Source of the DNA: Candidatus Nealsonbacteria bacterium
GTDB taxonomy: Bacteria > Patescibacteriota > Minisyncoccia > Minisyncoccales > JANBVM01
DNA length: 64,000 nt
Assembly: GCA_026016225.1 (NCBI GenBank)
Contig: CP061210.1
Coordinates: 450,000-513,999, forward strand
Direction: 5' to 3'
A model generated the notes under the pieces. It was not told the origin of the DNA and did no database searches. It worked only from the letters and a program-made list of their open reading frames with translations. Each line of letters starts with the position of its first letter. Position 1 is the first letter of the stretch. Shown in pieces: positions 41,952-51,759 of this stretch. A program made the position numbers and the translations under genes.

Positions 41952-43076
41952 TTAAGCCAGTGATTCAGTAATTTCAACTATTGCCAGTTCTAAAGGTAGT
42001 TGTGGAATTGAGGAGTATTTCATTTTGTTTTGGGCCTGCAAAAATATATCTACAATTTTTCTCAAATCTTCTTGTTTAAATTTCTCTGTTTGTCTCTTAA
42101 GTGTTCTAATTTCTTCTTTTGTCAAACCTGATAAATATCCATACGAAGAAGCAGGATTTTCACCCTCCCCCATTATCTTAAGAATTAATGCTTTTCTTAG
42201 ATAACCAACCAGGGTTTTAGCAAACTCGTCTAAATCTAAACCCTTTCCACTAATTTCATTTAAATATTCTATTGTTTTAAAGGTTTTTTTATCCGAGAGA
42301 AAATCAGTGAATTTGCTGACTAACTCTATCTCTACCAAGCCTAATAAATCTTTAATGTCTTCAGCTTTTATCTCTTTTTCAGAATCTTTATAAAAAGTAG
42401 AAACCTGGTCTAATAAGCTTTCTGCATCTCTGATTGAACCTCCGGCATTTAGAGCTATTAATTCTAAGGCTGGTTTTTCGATTTTAATATTTTCCTTTTT
42501 AATGATAATTGTCAACTTTTTTATAATTTCTGACAAGGTGAACTTTCTAAAATCAAATCTCTGACATCTGGAGATGATTGTTGGAATCATTTTATGGATT
42601 TCTGTTGTAGCTAAAACGAAAATAGCATGGGCTGGCGGTTCCTCTAAAGTTTTCAAAAGGGCGTTAGCAGCATCTTTTGAAAGTTGATGAGCTTCATCCA
42701 GAATAAAGACTTTATATTTTGATTTTGTTGGAGAAAATCTAATTCCATTTTTCAGTTCTCTGATATCATCAATTCCCCTGTGGGAAGCAGCATCAATTTC
42801 AATTAAATCTATTGCTCTTCCTCCCATAATTTCAACACATGAAGAACACTTATCACAGGGTTCAAATTCCCCTTCTTTTCTATTTTGACAATTAACAGCT
42901 TTAGCTATTAGCCGGGCCATAGTTGTCTTCCCCGTTCCCTTAGGTCCTGAAAATAAATAAGCATGGGAAATCATTCCCTTTGAAATTGCATTGGTTAAGG
43001 TTTTGGCAATGTGTTCTTGACCAATAAATTCAGCGAAAGTTTGGGGACGATATTTTCGATATAGAACTAAAGACAT
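41952..43076 (-). CDS. dnaX: DNA polymerase III subunit gamma/tau (short form)
   Basis: GPKGTGKTTMARLIAKAVNC Walker A, zinc module CxxC, and SRCQRFDF sensor motif. Confidence 0.9.
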   Translation of the reverse strand: MSLVLYRKYRPQTFAEFIGQEHIAKTLTNAISKGMISHAYLFSGPKGTGKTTMARLIAKAVNCQNRKEGEFEPCDKCSSCVEIMGGRAIDLIEIDAASHRGIDDIRELKNGIRFSPTKSKYKVFILDEAHQLSKDAANALLKTLEEPPAHAIFVLATTEIHKMIPTIISRCQRFDFRKFTLSEIIKKLTIIIKKENIKIEKPALELIALNAGGSIRDAESLLDQVSTFYKDSEKEIKAEDIKDLLGLVEIELVSKFTDFLSDKKTFKTIEYLNEISGKGLDLDEFAKTLVGYLRKALILKIMGEGENPASSYGYLSGLTKEEIRTLKRQTEKFKQEDLRKIVDIFLQAQNKMKYSSIPQLPLELAIVEITESLA

Positions 43077-43077
43077 A

Positions 43078-43674
43078 TTATTTCTTAAATACTATGAATT
43101 TATAGCCTAAAAAATTCCAGACAAAACCAATAAAAACAGCAGTCATATTTCCAATACTTGCCCACATCCGCTCACTTACTCCGAATCTTACACCAATAAT
43201 ATTTATTACAATATAAATAATTATGGTATGGATTAAAAGTCCTCCAGACGTTACAAGGAAAAACTGCACTGCCTCTTTAACTTTATTTTGGGTATCCTTT
43301 TTTTGAAAGGTCCAGAACTTATTCCAAAAATATGAATTTACTGCTCCACAGGCAAAAGATACAATTTTAAACAGAACAGGCAGCCAGCCAGAAGCAACGG
43401 AAAAAAACCATGTTAAGCAATCAAACACTCCCATATCAATGGAACTATTTAATATTCCAACCAAAAACGATTTTCCAAATTGTACAAGAGTGGAAGTTTT
43501 TTTAAAAACAGTTTCTAAAATCCAGACGCCCAGTAAAGACAAAACAGGTAGAAGTACTGGGAAATATTTTAATACCTGCTCGGGAAAAACTCCTGCAAAA
43601 AGGACGACACGGGGTAAGATAAATCCGCATGCTAAACCAATAATTAAAGAAGCTAAAATATCTCCTTTTTTCAT
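43078..43674 (-). CDS. GtrA-like membrane protein
   Basis: FLVGILNSSIDMGVFD and FWNFLGYKFIVF motifs. Its stop lies 2 nt... upstream gene dnaX follows with a 1-nt gap. Confidence 0.6.
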   Translation of the reverse strand: MKKGDILASLIIGLACGFILPRVVLFAGVFPEQVLKYFPVLLPVLSLLGVWILETVFKKTSTLVQFGKSFLVGILNSSIDMGVFDCLTWFFSVASGWLPVLFKIVSFACGAVNSYFWNKFWTFQKKDTQNKVKEAVQFFLVTSGGLLIHTIIIYIVINIIGVRFGVSERMWASIGNMTAVFIGFVWNFLGYKFIVFKK

Positions 43675-43777
43675 TGAATTATTTTATCACGAATTAGCTA
43701 AAAATCAAACCGCTAACACTCTTTTTAAAGAAATATTTAAATGCAGACTTGTTCATTTAAATAAAAAAAAGAGCTGA

Positions 43778-44662
43778 TTATTCGCTCTTTAATGCTTCTA
43801 AAATTTTTTTAAATTCTTTATATCGGGTTCTTAATGTTACTTCAGTTACGTTAGCGGCCTTAGCTAATTCCCGTTGTGTTATCTTTTCACCATATTGTTT
43901 GCAAGCGAGATATAGGGCAGCAGCTACTAATCCAGTAGGTTTTTTTCCCAGGGCGAGACCACCTTCTTCAGCCGTTTTTAAGAGCTGGCCAGCCAGAATT
44001 TGACTTCTTCCAGAAATAGCAAGCTTTTCAGAAATTCCTGGAATATATTTTAGTGGATCTAACGGTGCAATTTTTATATCAAGCACATTGAGTAAAAGTT
44101 TACAATAGCGATTAATAGTTTTTTTGCTGATAGAAGTTATCTCTGAAATTTCTTCAATAGTTTTTGGAATTTCCTTTACTCTATAGGCAATATAAATAAC
44201 AGCAGCAGCTAAATGTTCAAAACTTCTACCTTGAGTAGGAAGTTTTTTTAAAGCTTTATATAAAATCACTGCTGATTCTAATTTAACGGGCCATTCAACA
44301 TTGAGCTGGCTTAATAAAGAATGAAGTCTATCCATTGCTACATTAATTCTGTGTTTTTCTGGACCAAGGAGGCAACTGTGCCATTTTCTCATTCGATTTA
44401 TTACAGGTTGTGTATGTGAGGGAATTTTGTTTCCTCTAAAATCAAGATTTTTATGATCTATATAGCCTCCTGGGATTCCGTAATAAGTTATCGCTCCTAC
44501 AGGATATTTCGGCTCTCCATATTTTCGTTTTACACCTCCTGTCTGGTCTAATTCTTTATCCCTGATTATAAGTCCGCATTCACAACACCATTCACCTCTT
44601 GTCAGGTCGTAACTGAAATTACTATTTCCACATTCCGGGCATACTTCAACCTCTTCTTTCAT
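43778..44662 (-). CDS. Transcription factor IIB / archaeal TFB homologue
   Basis: N-terminal zinc ribbon CPECG...CCECG. Two cyclin-like repeats (GRSFEHLAAAVIYIAYR...TINRYCKLL and GKKPTGLVAAALYLACK...TLRTRYKEF). Confidence 0.8.
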   Translation of the reverse strand: MKEEVEVCPECGNSNFSYDLTRGEWCCECGLIIRDKELDQTGGVKRKYGEPKYPVGAITYYGIPGGYIDHKNLDFRGNKIPSHTQPVINRMRKWHSCLLGPEKHRINVAMDRLHSLLSQLNVEWPVKLESAVILYKALKKLPTQGRSFEHLAAAVIYIAYRVKEIPKTIEEISEITSISKKTINRYCKLLLNVLDIKIAPLDPLKYIPGISEKLAISGRSQILAGQLLKTAEEGGLALGKKPTGLVAAALYLACKQYGEKITQRELAKAANVTEVTLRTRYKEFKKILEALKSE

Positions 44663-44796
44663 TCAATCACCTATTCTTTTTTAAATGAGCAAACATATTA
44701 TTTTAATGTTGAATTATAACAGAGTTTCTAATTTTGTCAAAATAGTAAAGAAATTATAATTTGGTATAATAAAATTGATAATAATTTATTTAGTCT

Positions 44797-46155
44797 ATGT
44801 TGAAACTATACAATACTTTAACTCGGAAAAAAGAAATTTTTAAGCCAATTAAAAAGGGCCGCGTTGGGATGTATACCTGCGGTCCCACGGTCTATGGTCC
44901 GGGTCATTTAGGTCATGGTCGAAGCTATGTGAACTTTGATATCTTAAAGAGAGTATTTCTTTATAGTAGATACAAGGTAAAACACATTCTTAATATCACC
45001 GATGTCCATGATGATATGATTAAAAAAGCCAAGGAAATAGGAATCACTATCCGCCAGTTAGCTAACCTCTACACCCCCCTCTTTCTAAAAGATTTGAAAG
45101 ATTTGAATGTTATTCCGGCCGATGAGTATCCTACAGTTACAGGGCATATACCAGAAATTATTAAGATGGTTAAAATTTTGGTTGATAAAGGCTTTGGTTA
45201 TGTAGAAAAAGATGGATCTGTTTATTATGATGTTTCGAAATTTAAAGACTATGGTAAGCTTTCTGGTATTAAGTTAGATAAATCAAAGACTGGAACTAGA
45301 GTAGAGACTGATAAATACGAAAAGGGAGATGTGGCTGATTTTGCGCTTTGGAAAGGATGGAAGAAAGGAGAGCCTTATTGGAAAAGCCCCTGGGGAAAGG
45401 GCAGGCCAGGATGGCATATTGAGTGTTCGGTGATGGCTAATAAGTATTTAGGAAAGACGATTGATATTCATGGGGGCGCGATGGACTTAAAGTTTCCTCA
45501 TCATGAGAATGAAATTGCCCAATCTGAGGCAGCCAATGGAACAAAATTTGTTAACTATTGGTTTCACGCAGGGCTTTTAGAGATTGAAGGACAGAAGATG
45601 AGCAAATCTCTAGGGAACTATATTGAAATTCATGAAGTAAAAGATAAGGGTTTTGACCCTCTAGTCTTGCGCTACCTATTTTTAACAGCTCATTATCGCT
45701 CGAAAATGAATTTTACCTGGAAAAGTTTAGAAGCGGCAGAGAAAGCATTAGATAATCTTCATGAGAGGATAAGAGAAATGAAATCAAATATCAAGAAGCA
45801 AGAAGCAAGAAGCAAAAAAATAAAATATTATCAGAAAAAATTCTTGGGGTTTATTAATGATGATTTAAATACTCCTAAAGCTTTAGCTTTAATGTGGAAG
45901 GTGGTTAAAGATGAAAAAATATCTAATAAAGGAAAATACACTCTTTTATTAGACTTTGACAAGGTTTTTGGTTTAAATTTAACAAAGGTTAAAAAAATAA
46001 AAATTCCTCAAAAAGTAAGGAAGTTAGTTAAAGAAAGAGAAGACTATCGAAAGAAAAAAGAATGGAAGAGGGCTGATAAAATTAGAAAGGAGATAAAAAA
46101 ATTAGGTTATTTGATTGAAGATACAAAGGAGAAACCTAAGATTAAAAAAGCCTAA
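44797..46155 (+). CDS. cysS: Cysteine--tRNA ligase
   Basis: CGPTVYGPGHLGHGRSY (HIGH), WHIECS and QKMSKSLGN (KMSKS). Confidence 0.95.
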   Translation: MLKLYNTLTRKKEIFKPIKKGRVGMYTCGPTVYGPGHLGHGRSYVNFDILKRVFLYSRYKVKHILNITDVHDDMIKKAKEIGITIRQLANLYTPLFLKDLKDLNVIPADEYPTVTGHIPEIIKMVKILVDKGFGYVEKDGSVYYDVSKFKDYGKLSGIKLDKSKTGTRVETDKYEKGDVADFALWKGWKKGEPYWKSPWGKGRPGWHIECSVMANKYLGKTIDIHGGAMDLKFPHHENEIAQSEAANGTKFVNYWFHAGLLEIEGQKMSKSLGNYIEIHEVKDKGFDPLVLRYLFLTAHYRSKMNFTWKSLEAAEKALDNLHERIREMKSNIKKQEARSKKIKYYQKKFLGFINDDLNTPKALALMWKVVKDEKISNKGKYTLLLDFDKVFGLNLTKVKKIKIPQKVRKLVKEREDYRKKKEWKRADKIRKEIKKLGYLIEDTKEKPKIKKA

Positions 46156-46164
46156 ATTTATTTT

Positions 46165-47316
46165 TTATTCTAAAAGAGAAATTTTAATTTTTCTCTTTTT
46201 TAATTTGTTCTTGTGACAAAGTTCATAGAAATTTAAAACCCTATCGACAACCTTGTCCCAGGAGTATTCTTTCGCTTCTTTAATCCCCTGTTCTGCTGTC
46301 TCTTTTCTTAATTTTGGATTTTTAATTAAGACTTCGATTTTTTTAGCTAAGCCCTTGTAATCTTTTGGCTTTGCCAAAAATCTTTCACCTGATTTTCCTT
46401 TCAAAAAACCTGCATAACCTTTATTGGCAAAAGCTACAACAGGTGTTCCACAAGCCATAGCTTCTAAAAGCACCAACCCAAAACTTTCTCCAAAAATAGC
46501 CGGACTGACAAAAATATCTGCTGTTCTGTAATAAAAGGCAACTTCTTTTGTTTTCTCGCCTTCAAAAATAACATTCTTTAATTCTTGCTCTTTAACATAT
46601 TCTTTACACTCTTTTTTTAAAGGACCCTTGCCGACAATAATTAATCTTAGGTTTGAAAATTTTTCTTGTAAGATTTCAAACGCTTTAATCAAGTAAATTA
46701 ATCCTTTTCTTTCTTCGATTCTACCAACAAACAAGATATTAGTTTTGCCATCGCAAAATTTCTTAATTTTGGGTACTTTGGTATTAAATTTATCAAGGTC
46801 AATTCCATTTGGTATAACTGTTTTCAGACCCTTAAAATCTTTAAAATAATCTAAAGCTAAAGGAGCTACTCCTATTACTCCATCTATTTTCCATCGGCAG
46901 GTTTTATTTAAAATATATAAAAGAGTAGGAGACTTTTTTAAGAGCTTACTCCTGCTGTGGAAAGTTAAGATATTTAAGGTGTTTGAAGTAGAAGGACTGA
47001 GTAATATTTGTAGTGTTGAAGGAAGTCCACAATTATGGAAGTGTAAAACATCAAATTTTTCTTTTCTGAGAGTTCTCTCAATAGATATAGGATTAAAATG
47101 GATATCAAAATCTGATTGACTTCCATCAACAACCATTGGAAAAGAGGTTCCCAACAAAATTACATTTCTGCCATAGTTCTCTGAGCTTTTCCTTCTTGGG
47201 ACAATAATTTTGGTCTCAATCCCCTTTTTCTTAAATTCTTTAAACAATCCTAAGATATGCCTTTTTACTCCGCCCGGGTTAGAAAAAGAATGGAAAGAGA
47301 TTAAACCAACTTTCAT
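46165..47316 (-). CDS. Glycosyltransferase family 4 (GT-B)
   Basis: GRIEERKGLIYLIKAF and ESFGLVLLEAMACGTPVVA motifs. Confidence 0.85.
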   Translation of the reverse strand: MKVGLISFHSFSNPGGVKRHILGLFKEFKKKGIETKIIVPRRKSSENYGRNVILLGTSFPMVVDGSQSDFDIHFNPISIERTLRKEKFDVLHFHNCGLPSTLQILLSPSTSNTLNILTFHSRSKLLKKSPTLLYILNKTCRWKIDGVIGVAPLALDYFKDFKGLKTVIPNGIDLDKFNTKVPKIKKFCDGKTNILFVGRIEERKGLIYLIKAFEILQEKFSNLRLIIVGKGPLKKECKEYVKEQELKNVIFEGEKTKEVAFYYRTADIFVSPAIFGESFGLVLLEAMACGTPVVAFANKGYAGFLKGKSGERFLAKPKDYKGLAKKIEVLIKNPKLRKETAEQGIKEAKEYSWDKVVDRVLNFYELCHKNKLKKRKIKISLLE

Positions 47317-47369
47317 AGTGTAAATCTAAGACTTGCCAAACTTGGAAGTCTTTTGCTATATTATACTTG

Positions 47370-48743
47370 ATGGTTAATAATTCTTCAATCTCTAACTTAC
47401 CTGAGAAATTACCTCCTCAGTCAATCGAAGCTGAGCAAGGTGTACTTGGTTGTTTAATGCTCGATAAATTAGCTATTATAAAGGTGGCTGACTTTTTGTC
47501 ACCCGAAGACTTTTATCGTAAAACTCATCAGCAAATTTATAGAACATGCATGGAGCTTTTTGAAAAAAATGAACCGATTGATTTTTTATCAGTTTCAAAC
47601 AGATTAAAAGAAAAAAATTTATTAGAACAAATAGGAGAAAACAGTTATTTGACAGAATTAATAAATCTTGTTCCTACCCCCTACCATGTTTTAAATTATG
47701 CAAAGATTATTTATAATAAGAGAGTTTTAAGAGACTTAATCGGTGCTTCTCAGGAAATAGCCCATTTGGGATACAATGAGGCCGAAGACATAAATAGTCT
47801 TTTAGATAAAGCTGAAAGAAGAATTTTTAGTATTGCCCAAAAAGGTCTTTGCCAGGAATTTATACTTATAAAAGATACCTTAGAGGAAGCTTTTGAGAGA
47901 ATTGATAACTTATCCAAACATAAATCAGGTCTTAGAGGAGTGAGTACCGGTTTTGATGATTTAGATAATATATTAGCTGGTTTCCAAAAATCTGACTTAA
48001 TAATTTTAGCTGCACGTCCTTCTCTTGGAAAGAGTGCTTTAGCTCTTAACTTTGCAGCCAATTTAGCCATTAATCAAAAGATGCCTGTGGGGATATTTTC
48101 TTTAGAGATGTCAAAAGACCAGGTAGTTGACAGATTAATAGCCAGTCTTTCGGGAGTTGATTTGTGGAGATTAAGAACGGGCAGGCTTTCTGGTGAAGGT
48201 CAAAACAATGATTTTACAAGAATCCAACAAGCTTTAGCAATTTTATCTGAAGCTCCTATCTATGTTGATGATGTTTTTTCTTCCACTGTTTTACAAATGA
48301 AGGCAATGTCCCGGAGATTGCAGGCAGAGAAAGACCTGGGAATGATTATTGTAGATTATCTGCAGTTAATGGAGCCCTTAAATCCAAATGCCAGCCCTGT
48401 CCAGCAGGTATCTGAAAATTCAAGAGCTTTGAAAGGTTTAGCTAGAGAACTTAAGGTACCGGTACTGGTAGTATCTCAATTATCTCGAGCTGTTGAACAT
48501 CGGTCTCCGCAAATTCCAAGATTAGCAGATTTAAGACAGTCAGGAACCATTGAACAAGATGCAGATGTTGTTATGTTTATTTATCGAGAGAACCGTTATC
48601 AGGAGGAAACCTCAAAAAAGAATATTGCTGATTTAATTATTGCTAAACACCGTAACGGTCCGGTTGGAAGAGTTAAGCTTTATTTTGACGAAAGAAGGGT
48701 AACTTTTAGGAGTTTAGAAAAATCCATTGAAAATCAACAATAA
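47370..48743 (+). CDS. dnaB: Replicative DNA helicase DnaB
   Basis: PPQSIEAEQGVLGCLM, Walker A ARPSLGKSALALN, DYLQLM and SQLSRAVE motifs. Confidence 0.95.
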   Translation: MVNNSSISNLPEKLPPQSIEAEQGVLGCLMLDKLAIIKVADFLSPEDFYRKTHQQIYRTCMELFEKNEPIDFLSVSNRLKEKNLLEQIGENSYLTELINLVPTPYHVLNYAKIIYNKRVLRDLIGASQEIAHLGYNEAEDINSLLDKAERRIFSIAQKGLCQEFILIKDTLEEAFERIDNLSKHKSGLRGVSTGFDDLDNILAGFQKSDLIILAARPSLGKSALALNFAANLAINQKMPVGIFSLEMSKDQVVDRLIASLSGVDLWRLRTGRLSGEGQNNDFTRIQQALAILSEAPIYVDDVFSSTVLQMKAMSRRLQAEKDLGMIIVDYLQLMEPLNPNASPVQQVSENSRALKGLARELKVPVLVVSQLSRAVEHRSPQIPRLADLRQSGTIEQDADVVMFIYRENRYQEETSKKNIADLIIAKHRNGPVGRVKLYFDERRVTFRSLEKSIENQQ

Positions 48744-48754
48744 ACTCAATTCGA

Positions 48755-49387
48755 ATGAACTATCCACCTACTATTGAAAAATTAATTAAACTTTTCTCCA
48801 AATTCCCAACGGTCGGGCCAAAAACAGCTGCCCGTTTTGTTTTTTATCTTTTAAAATCCAAAAAAGAAGATATTGATGAACTTATCGATACTATATTCCG
48901 TCTTAAAAAAAACGTAAAAGCTTGTAATTTGTGCTTTAATTCTTTTGAGCCCTCCTACGCTGAAGCTACGAAGGGCAAGTCATCCGAAGCGAAACTATGT
49001 GATATTTGTTCTAATCCTACCAGAGATAAAAGTTTACTTTGTATTATTGAGAAAGAAACTGATTTATTAGCTATTGAAAAGACAAAAAAATATAAGGGAC
49101 TTTATTTTATTCTGGGAGGAATAATTTCAACTCTAAGAAAAAAAGATATTGAAAAAATAAGAAGTGAAGAGCTAAAAGAAAGAATAGAAAAAGACCTCGT
49201 AATTAAAGAAATTATTATTGCCACAAATCCAACCTCAGAAGGGGAAGCTACAGCTTTATATTTAGAAAGATTATTAAATCCTTTTAATAAAAAAATCACC
49301 CGTTTAGCCCGAGGATTACCAGTAGGAGGAGAGTTAGAATATGCTGACGAGGAAACCCTAAAAAGTGCATTGGAAGGAAGGAAATAA
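48755..49387 (+). CDS. recR: Recombination protein RecR
   Basis: PTVGPKTAARFVFYLL HhH, a C4 zinc finger (with an insertion) and a Toprim segment. Confidence 0.85.
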   Translation: MNYPPTIEKLIKLFSKFPTVGPKTAARFVFYLLKSKKEDIDELIDTIFRLKKNVKACNLCFNSFEPSYAEATKGKSSEAKLCDICSNPTRDKSLLCIIEKETDLLAIEKTKKYKGLYFILGGIISTLRKKDIEKIRSEELKERIEKDLVIKEIIIATNPTSEGEATALYLERLLNPFNKKITRLARGLPVGGELEYADEETLKSALEGRK

Positions 49388-49399
49388 TTTGGACATTAC

Positions 49400-49423
49400 A
49401 AAAACAGCCAAAAGGCTGTTTTA
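49400..49423. terminator. Bidirectional rho-independent terminator
   Basis: aaaaacagccaaaaggctgtttt, between convergent recR and rplU. Confidence 0.7.
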
Positions 49424-49445
49424 AAATCTCTATGTTTATTAATAC

Positions 49446-49760
49446 TTACTCTTTTTCAATTTTAGTTATTTCTACCTCTGTAAAGCGTTGTCTGTGACCC
49501 TTTTTAACCTTATACCTCTTACTCGCCTTATATTTAAACACAATCACTTTTTTGGATTTGCCCTGTTTGATAATCGTTGCCTCAACCTTTGCCTTCTTAA
49601 CCAAAGGAGTTCCAATTTCCAGTGTTTTGCCTTTTTGTAACAACAAAACCTCATTGAAAGTTGTTTTTTCACCTTCTTCCTTGTTTATCTTTTCTATTTT
49701 TATTTTGTCTCCCGGGGAAACAATATATTGTTTCCCGCCTGTTCTAATTATTGCAAACAT
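49446..49760 (-). CDS. rplU: 50S ribosomal protein bL21
   Basis: MFAIIRTGGKQYIVSPGDKI N-terminus and KKGHRQRFT motif. Confidence 0.9.
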   Translation of the reverse strand: MFAIIRTGGKQYIVSPGDKIKIEKINKEEGEKTTFNEVLLLQKGKTLEIGTPLVKKAKVEATIIKQGKSKKVIVFKYKASKRYKVKKGHRQRFTEVEITKIEKE

Positions 49761-49765
49761 AGTGA

Positions 49766-50764
49766 TTAATTCGGTCCTTCTAACTTTTTATTTTCTTTTA
49801 TTTCTAATAATTTTTCTACTCTGCCTGAAAATAAAGTAAGACGTTTTTCTGAATTATCGTAGGCAGAAATAGCATGTTTTAAATGGCTGCCGAGCTTTTT
49901 AAAGCTTCCTTCTAATTTTTCTGCGTCTTGATTAATTCTATTCAATCGTTTTAGAATTTGCTGGGTTTGCCTTGAGATTTGAGTATCTTTAAACCAGTGT
50001 TCAATTGTTCTTAAGGTCAAATAAATTGTATTAGGAGAGGTTAAAACAATTTTTTTTGCCCAGGCATAATTAGTAGCATCTTCTTTTCTTAAATCAAACA
50101 TTATTTGATAATAAATAGCTTCAGCCGGAATATACATTAAAGCAAAATCGACCGTTCCTTCTGAAGGAAGAACATATTTGGAAGAAATTTCATCTATTCT
50201 TTTTTTTAAATCTCGAAGAAATCTTTGTTGGTAAAGATTTTTTTTCTCTTCTGAAACAGAGCTTATCATTCTTTCAAAATTATCTGAAGAGAATTTGGAA
50301 TCAATTGGCAAAATTTTGCCGTTTGGAAGTTTTAAGACCGCATCCACTTTTTCTCCCGAAGAGAAAATATATTGTTTTTTCCAAAGTTCTTGAGGAAAGT
50401 GCTGGGTTAAGATGTGTTCTAATGAAGCCTCTCCCCACTGTCCCTTTAATTTTGGGGATTTAAAAATCTCCTGGAAGGTAGAAACGTCTTTAACTCTTTT
50501 CTGAATTTGCTTTAAATCCTCTCGAATCTGAGTTGTTCCTTCAGTAAATGCTCTTATTTGCTCATTAAGGACTCTTGAAGCGCCATTTTGAGTATCTCTA
50601 ATTTCTTTCATTTGATTTATCATTAAATCTGTCAAACGTCTTTCCAAATCTCTAATAGATTCACTTTGGGTTTCATCAATTTTTGATTTTTTTCTGAAAA
50701 AAATAAAAAATACAGCCCCGATTAAAACAAAAACACCTATGAGAATAAAAAAAACCTCGTTCAT
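49766..50764 (-). CDS. rmuC: DNA recombination protein RmuC
   Basis: N-terminal TM helix, coiled coil, DAVLKLPNGKILPIDSKF nuclease-core motif. Confidence 0.8.
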   Translation of the reverse strand: MNEVFFILIGVFVLIGAVFFIFFRKKSKIDETQSESIRDLERRLTDLMINQMKEIRDTQNGASRVLNEQIRAFTEGTTQIREDLKQIQKRVKDVSTFQEIFKSPKLKGQWGEASLEHILTQHFPQELWKKQYIFSSGEKVDAVLKLPNGKILPIDSKFSSDNFERMISSVSEEKKNLYQQRFLRDLKKRIDEISSKYVLPSEGTVDFALMYIPAEAIYYQIMFDLRKEDATNYAWAKKIVLTSPNTIYLTLRTIEHWFKDTQISRQTQQILKRLNRINQDAEKLEGSFKKLGSHLKHAISAYDNSEKRLTLFSGRVEKLLEIKENKKLEGPN

Positions 50765-50801
50765 TGCTCTATCTTAATTTATGAGGGGCTTTTAGTCAAC
50801 T

Positions 50802-51758
50802 TTATTTAAGAAAAATTTCTGTGGCAACAAAAAAGATATAAATTCCAAGCAAAAATATAGCCTCTCTTTTGGTAATTCTACGGTCAGTTCTGGCAAAAAT
50901 GACAAAAAACAAACAAGTGGCTACCGTGAAGATAATCCCCCTCAGATAGGGTGAAAAATCAGAAACATCAAAAGGGGAAATTAAAGCTGTCAAACCTAAT
51001 ACTAAAGTAGAGTTAATTATTACAGAGCCCATTACATTTCCAAGAATCATTTCTTTGTGACCCATAGTAATTGACCTTATTCCAAAAGCTATCTCTGGAA
51101 GAGAAGTTCCTAAAGCTACAAAAATAGTACCGATAATTACCAGAGGTAAATTAAGAGAAGCAGCTAATTTCATTGCTGAGAAAACAACCCCTTCAGCACT
51201 TATTAAGAGTAGACCGGACCCTATCCAAAACATCGCCAGGTTCTTTAAGAATAATTTAAAGTAAGGCCAGTCTTCTTTAAAATGATTTGAAAAAATTTTA
51301 GTAAATCTTTCTTCTTCAGATAAAAGCTGATCGAAATAAAAACTCAAGGCTAAAAGCAAAACTATTCCATCTACTCTGGAAACTCTACCATCCAACATTA
51401 AAAGAAGAGGGAAAAGTCCATAAATCCCAGCATAGACACTTGATTTTTGTAGGATTTTTCCTTTAAACTTTAGTCCCCCTGCTAATATTACCCCAATAGT
51501 TATTACTAAGGTAAGAACAATAATGTTAGAACCAATAATGTTTCCAAATGAGAGTTCAGGTTTTTGATGAAGGGCTGAGGTAATTCCAATAAAAATCTCT
51601 GGAAATGAAGTTGAAAAGGCTATCAAAACAGAAGCTACTATAAATTCCTTCCATTTCAAAAATTGAGCTATTTTAGTTAGACTTTTTACTACCCAGACTC
51701 CTGAGCGGATTAAAACCAGACAAGAGATAATAAAAATTAGAATATAAAGCCAGACCAT
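50802..51758 (-). CDS. Ca2+/cation antiporter (CaCA family, YrbG-like)
   Basis: Two alpha-repeats, GNIIGSNI and GNVMGSVI. ~10 TM helices. Confidence 0.8.
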   Translation of the reverse strand: MVWLYILIFIISCLVLIRSGVWVVKSLTKIAQFLKWKEFIVASVLIAFSTSFPEIFIGITSALHQKPELSFGNIIGSNIIVLTLVITIGVILAGGLKFKGKILQKSSVYAGIYGLFPLLLMLDGRVSRVDGIVLLLALSFYFDQLLSEEERFTKIFSNHFKEDWPYFKLFLKNLAMFWIGSGLLLISAEGVVFSAMKLAASLNLPLVIIGTIFVALGTSLPEIAFGIRSITMGHKEMILGNVMGSVIINSTLVLGLTALISPFDVSDFSPYLRGIIFTVATCLFFVIFARTDRRITKREAIFLLGIYIFFVATEIFLK

Positions 51759-51759
51759 T

